From positions 1-43,360 of the IMG/VR virus record IMGVR_UViG_3300024254_000005: a stretch of DNA of 43,360 nucleotides; one strand, written 5' to 3'. This stretch comes from a virus (Duplodnaviria > Caudoviricetes). The notes under the pieces are model-generated. The model was not told the origin of the DNA. It saw only the letters and a list, made by a program, of their open reading frames with translations, and made no database searches. The first letter of the stretch is position 1. Each line of letters opens with the position of its first letter. The translations under genes were made by a program, and so were the position numbers. Of this stretch, positions 16,670 through 24,220 are shown one piece after another.

Positions 16670-18501
16670 CCTCCCTTCGCATAGGTGTGACTGATATACC
16701 CTTCCGAATCCAAGGGAACATCCGGCATCCATGACGGCGCCCGACACAGCTCCGCATGGAGAAAGGAAGCAGCGGCTTTCGCCTCGCTCTCTCGACACAC
16801 GCAGATCAACTTGTCATGCTCACTGGAGACCACGCGCAGCCCCGCTTGCCGACAGGACAGCCAAGCGTTTCCCAGGTGCACGCGGGCGATCGCTTGGATA
16901 TAATTCTCTACCAGCTTGGGACCGTACATCTTCGCATAGCCGTTTTGCGTCTGCACTTGCCAGTCGCCATGCTCGGATTTGTGAAGCGTCGAGTAGTCCA
17001 GCCACAGACCGTTCGGCAGGTAGAGCCTCTTGTTCTCCACTCGACGCCTCAACCACTCAAACGTCTCCCCGCGCGCCATGGCCTCCAGAACTTGCCCGGC
17101 GCTGTTCCATAAGGCAACTACCCACTTATGTGTAGAGCGGTAAAGATCACGGGCAGCAAGTCCTTTAATATCAGATAAGTAGACAGGAGGACCATAAGTC
17201 CCGCGACGAGCAGTAGCCACAATACTAGGCCCGCCAGCGCCATATCCACAAGAAAGCTCAAGCTGCTTACCAGTGCCTCTTTTAATCTCCATCTCCTCAT
17301 AACGCGGGTCTCCCTGCTTCGGCTTGTAGACTTCGTGCCCGTAGAACTGACTGGCGATACCGATGTACGGGTCTTCCTTCCTTCTAAACTTCTCGATCAC
17401 GTCCGACTGACCCGCCGTCTCGTTGAGCATGCGGCACTCGATCTGCGAGGCGTCGCGCACCACGATCACGTCGCCCTTTTCAACCGTAATACCTTGCCCC
17501 AGCTTGGCACCACGGCGGAAATTCTGCCAGTTCATTTTATCCCCACCACTCCAGCGCTTGGTATGTGCGCCGCAGTAGTTGAGGTACACGCAGAGCTTGC
17601 CTCTATCCGTCATACTCCGCAAGCGCTGGGTGCGAGTCAGCGTGAGATTGCTTGCCGCGTCGAGTCGGGCCTGCGCCAGGGCAGCCACACGCGAGTTCTC
17701 ATCGTCTACCAGCTCGCGCATGAATTCGTCGGTCTTGGCAAAGCACGGGTTATTTTTCCCTTTCCCCGGCTTCCATTCGATCTCGACGCCTTCGGCTTCC
17801 AGAAGGCGAATCAGCGTCTCATTCTGCCGAAGCTGAGTTGTCGTGACGCCTAGCTCGGTGAGGAGCCTGTCCTTGGCGTCTCTTTCTTCCTTATAGACTT
17901 GATCCAGGACGGCGGGAGAGCCCACCAATACAGGCTCCGTGAACAAGCGCACGGTCTCGTCGATAAGGGCAAATTCCGAGGCTGGAAACCCTTGGGATAG
18001 GAGGCAAAATAAATGCCAAGTGAGTTCCACGTCATGGCAGCATCCCGAGGCCACTGCTTGCTGCGTCGCAGGTGCCAGTTCATGCCAGTGCTTTCCTTTG
18101 AAAAGGTCGTATGGAACATTCTTAGCCCCCAATCCGAAATGCTCTGCAAGCGCCCCCAGTCCCTTAGGAAGATGCGGCCCCAGCACGGCGCGTGCCATTG
18201 AAAGGGTATCGAACCACATCGCCGGCTTGATGCCGTAGTGGTGGGAAAGGATAAGTCCGTCAAAGTGTGCGTGGTGCGCGAGGCAGGCAGTCTTAGACCA
18301 GTTAATCTGTAAAAGGTAATTGGCAACGTTTCCATCGTACCACTGCGTACGCTGCATCTGCGCGTCAGGGTACTCATTCCATCGTATCCCTATCCCGTGA
18401 GCTTCAAATCGGGGATCGCGCACGTACGACTCAACAGTCATTTTGTCCAAGGTGTATTCCTGGCCAAAGAATGACTCGAAGTCAAGTGTGATGATATTCA
18501 T
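16666..18501 (-). CDS. polA: Family A DNA polymerase with 3'-5' exonuclease domain
   Basis: LDFES, HHAHFD, WSGGDKMNWQN, motif A DASQIECR, motif B RGTGKQLELSCGYG, motif C EHDK. Confidence 0.92.
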   Translation of the reverse strand: MNIITLDFESFFGQEYTLDKMTVESYVRDPRFEAHGIGIRWNEYPDAQMQRTQWYDGNVANYLLQINWSKTACLAHHAHFDGLILSHHYGIKPAMWFDTLSMARAVLGPHLPKGLGALAEHFGLGAKNVPYDLFKGKHWHELAPATQQAVASGCCHDVELTWHLFCLLSQGFPASEFALIDETVRLFTEPVLVGSPAVLDQVYKEERDAKDRLLTELGVTTTQLRQNETLIRLLEAEGVEIEWKPGKGKNNPCFAKTDEFMRELVDDENSRVAALAQARLDAASNLTLTRTQRLRSMTDRGKLCVYLNYCGAHTKRWSGGDKMNWQNFRRGAKLGQGITVEKGDVIVVRDASQIECRMLNETAGQSDVIEKFRRKEDPYIGIASQFYGHEVYKPKQGDPRYEEMEIKRGTGKQLELSCGYGAGGPSIVATARRGTYGPPVYLSDIKGLAARDLYRSTHKWVVALWNSAGQVLEAMARGETFEWLRRRVENKRLYLPNGLWLDYSTLHKSEHGDWQVQTQNGYAKMYGPKLVENYIQAIARVHLGNAWLSCRQAGLRVVSSEHDKLICVCRESEAKAAASFLHAELCRAPSWMPDVPLDSEGYISHTYAKGG

Positions 18502-18620
18502 ACCATCCAAAACCACAGCACGCGCTGTGGCCCCCATGGCACTACGTCATACCCTAGCTTTCGCAACCATCGAATGACCTTTTGGTCTTTGCAGTCCGAC
18601 ACGATTATAGGGCGTTTCAT
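18498..18620 (-). CDS. 40-aa hypothetical protein
   Basis: GGAGG RBS; ATGA overlaps at both ends. Confidence 0.5.
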   Translation of the reverse strand: MKRPIIVSDCKDQKVIRWLRKLGYDVVPWGPQRVLWFWMV

Positions 18621-18775
18621 ATATCCTCCCCGCACGGCTCGACCCAGTGCCAGTAAATTCCCTCAAAGTGCACGTTAGCGACTTCAGCTTGGTACTCCAT
18701 CTCGGCCTTGTCCGCCATGCACTCGCCGTGCCCCATCTGGCCCGTCATGAGTTGAACCCATACAATCATCCACAT
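18617..18775 (-). CDS. 52-aa hypothetical protein
   Basis: MWMIVWVQLMTG...; fills the gap in the operon with coupled ends. Confidence 0.5.
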   Translation of the reverse strand: MWMIVWVQLMTGQMGHGECMADKAEMEYQAEVANVHFEGIYWHWVEPCGEDI

Positions 18776-18776
18776 G

Positions 18777-18980
18777 CTATTCGTCCACATCATCAAAGAT
18801 AGAACGATTCCCTTGGTCGTCTAGCATCATCCCATCTTTAGCAAACATGGGTGCACCATTGGGGTAAAAATGTTCCTCAGTTGTGTGGCGGCGGGCGGCG
18901 GAAGTCGATTTGCGGCTTCGCCACGCTTTCTTGGCGGCCAGGATCCGCCGCACTTTCTCCGGCAATTTCTTCACACACAT
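18777..18980 (-). CDS. Hypothetical protein, start uncertain
   Basis: Acidic C-terminus MLDDQGNRSIFDDVDE; overlaps the HTH gene. Confidence 0.4.
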   Translation of the reverse strand: MCVKKLPEKVRRILAAKKAWRSRKSTSAARRHTTEEHFYPNGAPMFAKDGMMLDDQGNRSIFDDVDE

Positions 18981-19251
18981 TTGGTTGCCTCTTGCGTTGA
19001 TAAGTGCCCGGCTTTTCTTCCCCGCGTGCCGGGCGACGCGGTGTCATGTCCTTTTCTGCGGAAGGGTACACGCAAGAATCGGACCTGGAAGCCAATGCGA
19101 GAAGAGCCTCTTTCCTTCTGGGCCACGGCTCGACCCTTCCCGTTTCCCAGTTGTTGACAGTCTGTGACGAGACCGTCAACTTATGTGCAAGCTCTGCCTG
19201 TGTCAAGCCTACCGACTCGCGATAGGCTCGTATCGTTTGGGCGAAGGTCAT
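18877..19251 (-). CDS. XRE-family helix-turn-helix regulator
   Basis: IRAYRESVGLTQAELAHKLTVSSQTVNNWETGRVEP. Confidence 0.88.
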   Translation of the reverse strand: MTFAQTIRAYRESVGLTQAELAHKLTVSSQTVNNWETGRVEPWPRRKEALLALASRSDSCVYPSAEKDMTPRRPARGEEKPGTYQRKRQPNVCEEIAGESAADPGRQESVAKPQIDFRRPPPHN

Positions 19252-19397
19252 TTCTTCTCTTGCTTCCTGTACCTGACAAGCTTGGCCGCCAAGCGTCTCT
19301 GGGCTCTATTCTTGGGCTCGGCGACCGGCTCTGTTTTGTTAATGGTTCGCAGCGCCATCTCCTCAAGCCTGCGAAATTTGCTCTTACCCATTTTCAT
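19248..19397 (-). CDS. 49-aa basic protein
   Basis: MKMGKSKFRRLEE...NRAQRRLAAK; GGAGA upstream; ATGA overlap. Confidence 0.55.
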   Translation of the reverse strand: MKMGKSKFRRLEEMALRTINKTEPVAEPKNRAQRRLAAKLVRYRKQEKK

Positions 19398-19415
19398 TTG
19401 ACGATTCTCCATAGT

Positions 19416-19709
19416 CTATGGCAAGAACGTCCAGAGCAAGCAAGCGCACAAGAAGCCCGTCACGGCCACCGTGCCGACGCACACGAGAAAAAGGTGCTGG
19501 TCTCTCCGGCACTCGATCTCATACACGCGGCCATACTGCTCCGCTAGCCTCTGCCGGAGCACATTGGCCAGCTCTGTCTCAAATTCATCCTTCGCTGGGT
19601 AGATTTTCATGGTGTCAGTCCCTTTCAGGGTTGTCCAGTAATCTGCGATGCGAAGCATTCCGCTACGCTGTTTCTCAGGGTTCAAGTCTACGATCGGAGG
19701 GAAGGTCAT
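19416..19709 (-). CDS. Hypothetical protein with C-terminal TM (alternative start 19610)
   Basis: Hydrophobic C-terminus; coupled to upstream gene. Confidence 0.5.
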   Translation of the reverse strand: MTFPPIVDLNPEKQRSGMLRIADYWTTLKGTDTMKIYPAKDEFETELANVLRQRLAEQYGRVYEIECRRDQHLFLVCVGTVAVTGFLCACLLWTFLP

Positions 19710-19891
19710 TCGAGACGAGCCCCTGCCAGTTTTGCGTATACGAGCCTGTTGCACATCTCCCCCAAATACGCGACCTGGGAGAAGCCGATAGTGAATACGA
19801 ACAGCCTACCATCGTCGAGCTTAACGCACAGCTCCCTGTCGTCAGAACTGGTTGGCCCCAAGAAAACAGATGCTCTCTCCGGGGCAGTCAT
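19706..19891 (-). CDS. Hypothetical early protein
   Basis: GGAGG RBS; operon packing. Confidence 0.55.
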   Translation of the reverse strand: MTAPERASVFLGPTSSDDRELCVKLDDGRLFVFTIGFSQVAYLGEMCNRLVYAKLAGARLE

Positions 19892-19892
19892 C

Positions 19893-20156
19893 TTATACCC
19901 CCTCCGATTTCACAGCGCGAAGCTTCTCCAGGCAGTCGAGAATGACGAGTGTTTCGGTCGCAAGCTTTGCATCCCGGTAGTCAGGACTTCCCCAATGCGA
20001 GCGAGCTTCGTCCATGGTGAAATATCGACAGCCGGCAATGACTCGCCATTTGTCATCCGCGCAAGGGACATAAATGAAACAGTAGCCATCGGATCGCATG
20101 ATACCGTATACCCGCGCATTGCCAAGTATGTGCTTTCCCACTACATTGTAACCCAC
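19893..20156 (-). CDS. Hypothetical early protein (RSDGY...IAGCRYFT..EA..HW domain, one GNARVYG unit)
   Basis: AAGGGGG RBS with GTG at 20156; resembles the C-terminal domain of phage hexapeptide-repeat proteins. Confidence 0.55.
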   Translation of the reverse strand: MGYNVVGKHILGNARVYGIMRSDGYCFIYVPCADDKWRVIAGCRYFTMDEARSHWGSPDYRDAKLATETLVILDCLEKLRAVKSEGV

Positions 20157-20254
20157 TGCAACCCCCTTATGACAAGTGTGATGATTACTGCCAGCGTGCA
20201 TAGTGCCAGCAGGGCGAATGGGAGAGCCAGCAGGAGAACGCTGACTATCCCGTT

Positions 20255-20303
20255 CTGGAGCGCTGCGGAAAGTCGCCCGTAGGCGGCAGACCGCAAAGCT
20301 TCA
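20255..20303. repeat. Structured intergenic element, copy 1
   Basis: CTGGAGCGCTGCGG-[22-nt hairpin core]-CCGCAAAGCTTCA. Confidence 0.8.
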
Positions 20304-20753
20304 CACACAATCCCATGCAACGGTTCCATCGGCATTGTACACTGTGACGTTGCCGTGGTCATTGACGAAAACGCAATCCTCGCCCATTGCCTCGACCTCA
20401 CTGGGATCGGAAACCTTCGGCAACTCGTCTATCGCGTCCATGCTGGGCCAAAAGCCGAAGTCTGATCCGTCCCCTTCGTTTGCGCCAAAATAACAATAGG
20501 GCGGTGCGAATTGCTCCAGCGCAATCTGCAATTCTTCTACCACTTCGGCCGCATACTGGTCATTGGCTTCTACCGTCTCTTCTGTCTGTGCTTCCGCCGC
20601 GCCGATGGTCACGGCGTAGTCGAATATATCCTTCGGCGGCAACGTGTCGAGGTTCGCCTTGACGTGCTGTGCAAGCTCACTTGAGAACGTCGAAAGCAAG
20701 TCGTAGGTGAGCAGTGTGCCGTGACTGATTGAACCGATCGAAGCGTATTTCAT
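20301..20753 (-). CDS. Acidic hypothetical early protein
   Basis: SISHGTL, APPYCYFGANEGDGSDFGFWP and VNDHGNVT; GAGGGGG RBS. Confidence 0.7.
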   Translation of the reverse strand: MKYASIGSISHGTLLTYDLLSTFSSELAQHVKANLDTLPPKDIFDYAVTIGAAEAQTEETVEANDQYAAEVVEELQIALEQFAPPYCYFGANEGDGSDFGFWPSMDAIDELPKVSDPSEVEAMGEDCVFVNDHGNVTVYNADGTVAWDCV

Positions 20754-20775
20754 TCTCTATCCCCCTCGTTTACAG

Positions 20776-20848
20776 CTGGAGCGCTGCGGGATGCGGTGCC
20801 ATCGCCCACCGAAGGGTATGAGTGGCACCGCACGGCCGCAAAGCTTCA
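20776..20848. repeat. Structured intergenic element, copy 2
   Basis: Same 14-nt and 13-nt arms as copy 1 around a different 46-nt hairpin core. Confidence 0.8.
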
Positions 20849-21154
20849 ATCCGCGTCTTCCGCATCGTATAGCTCGCAAAGGTAGTCCATCGCCTCTTTT
20901 TCCGATTTGAATGGTCCAGACCAAGCGGTGCAATCCATATAGCCGGGAGCGGACAAACGCGCAAACCATCCCGTCACCAACTCACCATTAAACTCGCCAT
21001 CGGCGTCGCAGTGAATCTCGCCTTCGGTGTATTGGCTAAGCGAATCAACGTTGATATTAAGGCCAACGAGATTACTTGGGACGCATTCGGTGCCGCACGT
21101 GGTCTCGACCTGCCAGCATTCCATGTGCTCGACTTGTTTTTGCATGAAGGCCAT
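20846..21154 (-). CDS. Acidic hypothetical early protein
   Basis: GWFARLSAPGYMDCTAW; GAGGGGG RBS. Confidence 0.7.
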   Translation of the reverse strand: MAFMQKQVEHMECWQVETTCGTECVPSNLVGLNINVDSLSQYTEGEIHCDADGEFNGELVTGWFARLSAPGYMDCTAWSGPFKSEKEAMDYLCELYDAEDAD

Positions 21155-21167
21155 GTTTCAATCCCCC

Positions 21168-21353
21168 TCACTTGCTACGCCACGTCCGCACGAACGATGA
21201 AAGACTCGCAGGCCATTCGTCGTCCCGGTTCGCAGCGATCCAATCGAGTGCACAACGTGCTTGTTCGAAGGCAATTTCATCCGCGATGTAGCAAGCGGAC
21301 CACTCCAATTCCGACATTGTGATTTGATCCAGCGCTGCAATGACGTGTTCCAT
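21168..21353 (-). CDS. First early gene, hypothetical
   Basis: GAGGGGAG RBS directly after the promoter. Confidence 0.6.
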   Translation of the reverse strand: MEHVIAALDQITMSELEWSACYIADEIAFEQARCALDWIAANRDDEWPASLSSFVRTWRSK

Positions 21354-21382
21354 GTCTCAATCTCCCCTCGTTTCGATGATTG

Positions 21383-21440
21383 ATAGTCGCATGATCGAGA
21401 AAAGAAGGCAATAAATATTTGGGTTATTTTATTTCGTTGT
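21383..21440 (-). promoter_or_regulatory. Probable sigma70-type early promoter with AT-rich UP element
   Basis: TTGCCT (21411-21406), 17 bp, GACTAT (21388-21383); A/T tract upstream. Confidence 0.6.
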
Positions 21441-21445
21441 TTATA

Positions 21446-22183
21446 TTAATCTTGTTTTATTATTTCGTCACCATCTGCTCGACCTGAGAGCACGTCATAA
21501 GGGAAGGCAATGCGCACGACGCCTTGATACTGCCGCGCGAGCTTGTGCTCGCCTACCCATTGGGGGTCGAACGTGCGTTCGGCCTTGGTGAATATCGGCC
21601 GGCCGACCTCGATGAATAGCCAGCGGTCACGTCCAGGGTAGTAGATGCGACGCCACGTGGCGCCTCGCAAGTGCCAGTTGGCAAGCTGTTCGTGCGACAG
21701 GCCAGCCGGCGGCTCTCCAGGGGTAGGACGCTCTACAGGGCGCCACAGGACGCGGTATAGCGTAGGCACTCGACGAGGGTTGCCGTCGTGCTCCGGTGGC
21801 TCTGCGTTGGTCATGGTGTCCAGGACTTCCTCGCGGACCATGTAGCGCGCCTTGCTGGGGCGGAACGGGTTTTGCTCGTTGAGCATGGCCTCAAGGTCAG
21901 CTGTGATCAGCATGATCCCGCCGCGCGCCTTGATAAATGGAAGCTTGCCTTGGTAGACATGGTGCCATCGTCGATCAATCTCCCGACAAGGGACGGGAAG
22001 AATTTGAAAGCGAGTTGGCGTGCCCTTGTACATTTTCAGGTGTGATCTAGCGCGCGGGTTTAATTCCTGCTTACGAACGGCAAGGATGCGCTCCTTTGTC
22101 AGGCGCTGGAATCGCATAGGATTACTTTCCTCGCGTTGCGGCTCGCGCGGTTGTCCTCGGCGGAAGTTGAAAAGGTGCGGCAT
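21446..22183 (-). CDS. Basic (Arg-rich) hypothetical protein
   Basis: Long ORF; AAGGAG RBS before ATG 22183. Confidence 0.65.
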   Translation of the reverse strand: MPHLFNFRRGQPREPQREESNPMRFQRLTKERILAVRKQELNPRARSHLKMYKGTPTRFQILPVPCREIDRRWHHVYQGKLPFIKARGGIMLITADLEAMLNEQNPFRPSKARYMVREEVLDTMTNAEPPEHDGNPRRVPTLYRVLWRPVERPTPGEPPAGLSHEQLANWHLRGATWRRIYYPGRDRWLFIEVGRPIFTKAERTFDPQWVGEHKLARQYQGVVRIAFPYDVLSGRADGDEIIKQD

Positions 22184-22213
22184 TGTATTTTTCTCCTTTA
22201 ACGTGGAACCTGC

Positions 22214-22610
22214 GTGCACGGTTGGCATCTAAGTGGCATAATGTAGTGAGTTGATTGTGTTGAAAGTTTGGAGGTATTTAGCCAGATCATTAATTTGCGA
22301 AGCAAGTCGCAAGCTAGAGGTTTGTGTACGGTTTGTTCTCACTATAAAAACTAAAAGGAGAACAAAACTTTTTACTCCTGATCTTCTCCTTAAAAAAAGA
22401 TATGACTAAATACTAAACTTTCCCTTGTCGAATCAAAAGATTAACTAATGCCACGTCGATGCCAACCGCGCACAAATACAACTTATTTACAACTTATTTA
22501 ATTCGGCTGGGTTGCACTTTCCCTCATAGGTTCGAGTGAAAACGGTTGTGCAGACCCTGGGTTGTATTTGAATTAGGACTGCTGTCCTATAATTAGGACT
22601 TCATTCCTAG
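22214..22610. other. AT-rich non-coding region with inverted and direct repeats (candidate origin or packaging region)
   Basis: 26-bp inverted repeat 22214-22239/22448-22473; tandem TACAACTTATT x2; AATTAGGACT x2. Confidence 0.5.
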
Positions 22611-22837
22611 CGCTGGGGGTTTGGGTCCTAACTCGGGAGAGTGGCAGGGGAGGGCGCGGGGCGAAATTTTTGCTCACACAAATTAAATTATGCGCCCCAA
22701 AATCCCACCCCTATAAATATTTATTTCCAAACTTTCCGCGCCCAAAAATAAATATTTGGGTGTTCGCGTTTTGTTCTAACTTTCTGAAACTTTCTGAAAG
22801 ATGGTCCCGTTTTGTTCCATCTCGTTCAATGAACGAG

Positions 22838-22894
22838 AAAAGACCCCCAGAAGGGGACTGGTCGGGTGAGACGGGGCCGACCACTTCTGGGGGT
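22838..22894 (-). terminator. Probable intrinsic terminator
   Basis: ACCCCCAGAAG/CTTCTGGGGGT and TGGTCGG/CCGACCA stems followed by CTTTT on the minus strand. Confidence 0.55.
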
Positions 22895-22957
22895 AGTCCA
22901 GGGAGGAAACACAACGTAATCGGACTTCATTCTGCCAACCCGATAGACCAGCAGAGA

Positions 22958-23299
22958 TTACTTCTTAGCACGTTTGGCGTATTTGTCAACCTTCTCGGCT
23001 TCATCATATCCAGCGTCTTCATCGGTAGGTTTGCGAAGCGACGCCTCCACTTCGTCGCTCTCATGATACCCCGTCGAGGCCTGCACATGTGGAAGTATCT
23101 TCAACGTTTGACCATCCGGCCCAAAGGTAATCGTGCTCGTCCTGGTCTTGCTGTCGTGGGCGCCGACGAGTAGATCGGGCACCGCGATCCGCATGTACCT
23201 ATGACCGCTACCTGCGTGGCTCCCCAGCGTGATCGTAGCCCCGGTGTGGGCGTCTACGATCTCCTGGTACCGGACTTCGAACTTGTCTTCTGCATTCAT
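22958..23299 (-). CDS. Hypothetical protein
   Basis: GGAGAG RBS; divergent from the late operon. Confidence 0.6.
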   Translation of the reverse strand: MNAEDKFEVRYQEIVDAHTGATITLGSHAGSGHRYMRIAVPDLLVGAHDSKTRTSTITFGPDGQTLKILPHVQASTGYHESDEVEASLRKPTDEDAGYDEAEKVDKYAKRAKK

Positions 23300-23363
23300 C
23301 GCTTCTCTCCATCTTGTGGACACAATTTACTGCACACCTGCCATTATAGAAGGATCAAGGCAA

Positions 23364-23561
23364 ATGAAAGTCCCATTCTCTCTCGTCAGCACGGCGATCT
23401 TCGGCGGCTCCTACGACGAGGAGACGCAAGAGCTTGACCTGACTTTCTCCAACGGTCGGACCTACAGCCTCCACAACGTACCTAAGACCGTCGTGGAGGA
23501 ACTTCAGGAGGCCCCTAGCGCGGGGAGCTACTTCAGGGAGAGGATGAAGGGGAGGTACTGA
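23364..23561 (+). CDS. KTSC-domain protein
   Basis: STAI...YDEETQELDLTFSNGRTY...VP....L..APSAGSYF...KGRY. Confidence 0.85.
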   Translation: MKVPFSLVSTAIFGGSYDEETQELDLTFSNGRTYSLHNVPKTVVEELQEAPSAGSYFRERMKGRY

Positions 23562-23755
23562 TGGCGACAGCAGAAGAAATAATCGCGCGATCTCCGGGGC
23601 TGCAGCGCAACGTACTGAGCCAGTATGGCAAGAGGTGGCACTTGCGCGAGAACTACCAGATGACGCAGGAGGAGCGCGACAAGTTGCTTGACGAACTGTA
23701 CGGAGAGGAAGATGGCAAAGAAAGACAAGATGCAGAAGATGATGCACGAATTTAA
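23561..23755 (+). CDS. Hypothetical protein
   Basis: GGAGG RBS; TGATG coupling. Confidence 0.55.
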   Translation: MATAEEIIARSPGLQRNVLSQYGKRWHLRENYQMTQEERDKLLDELYGEEDGKERQDAEDDARI

Positions 23756-23855
23756 GGAGGGAAAGCTGCACTTCGGTTCGAAAACCGGACCCAAGGTGAA
23801 GTCGAGGAAGCAGGCCATTGCGATCGGCCTCAATCAGAAAAGGAAGGGGAGATGA
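23712..23855 (+). CDS. 47-aa basic DUF6496-like protein (not in ORF track)
   Basis: MHEFKEGKLHFGSKTGPKVKSRKQAIAIGL; GAGG RBS; ATGA overlap. Confidence 0.7.
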   Translation: MAKKDKMQKMMHEFKEGKLHFGSKTGPKVKSRKQAIAIGLNQKRKGR

Positions 23856-24220
23856 AGCCGATTCTCTGTCTCGATTTTGACGGTGTGATCCACAGCTATT
23901 CAAGTGGGTGGAAAGGGGCGGACGTGATCCCTGATCCACCCGTCGAGGGAGCGGCAGATTTCATGGAGCGAGCGCTTGAGCACTTTCGGGTTTGCATTTT
24001 TTCAAGCCGAAGCAATCAACCCGGCGGTTTGAAAGCCATGCAGGATTGGATGCTCAAATGGATGCCTAGTGAAATAGTACCACACTGGGCGCACGGTTTG
24101 GAATGGCCGTTGGAGAAACCTGCTGCCTTTCTTACCATTGACGATCGCGCTTTGACCTTTGATGGTACGTGGCCGTCGATGGAGACGCTGCAGAACTTCA
24201 AACCTTGGAATAAGAAGTGA
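23852..24220 (+). CDS. HAD-superfamily phosphatase-like protein
   Basis: LDFDGVI, IFSSR and KP...IDDR motifs. Confidence 0.8.
   Translation: MKPILCLDFDGVIHSYSSGWKGADVIPDPPVEGAADFMERALEHFRVCIFSSRSNQPGGLKAMQDWMLKWMPSEIVPHWAHGLEWPLEKPAAFLTIDDRALTFDGTWPSMETLQNFKPWNKK

Noticed and set aside
22670-23173. 167-aa plus-strand ORF as small terminase
   Set aside because: TTG start without RBS, crosses a terminator hairpin, and overlaps a better-supported minus-strand gene.
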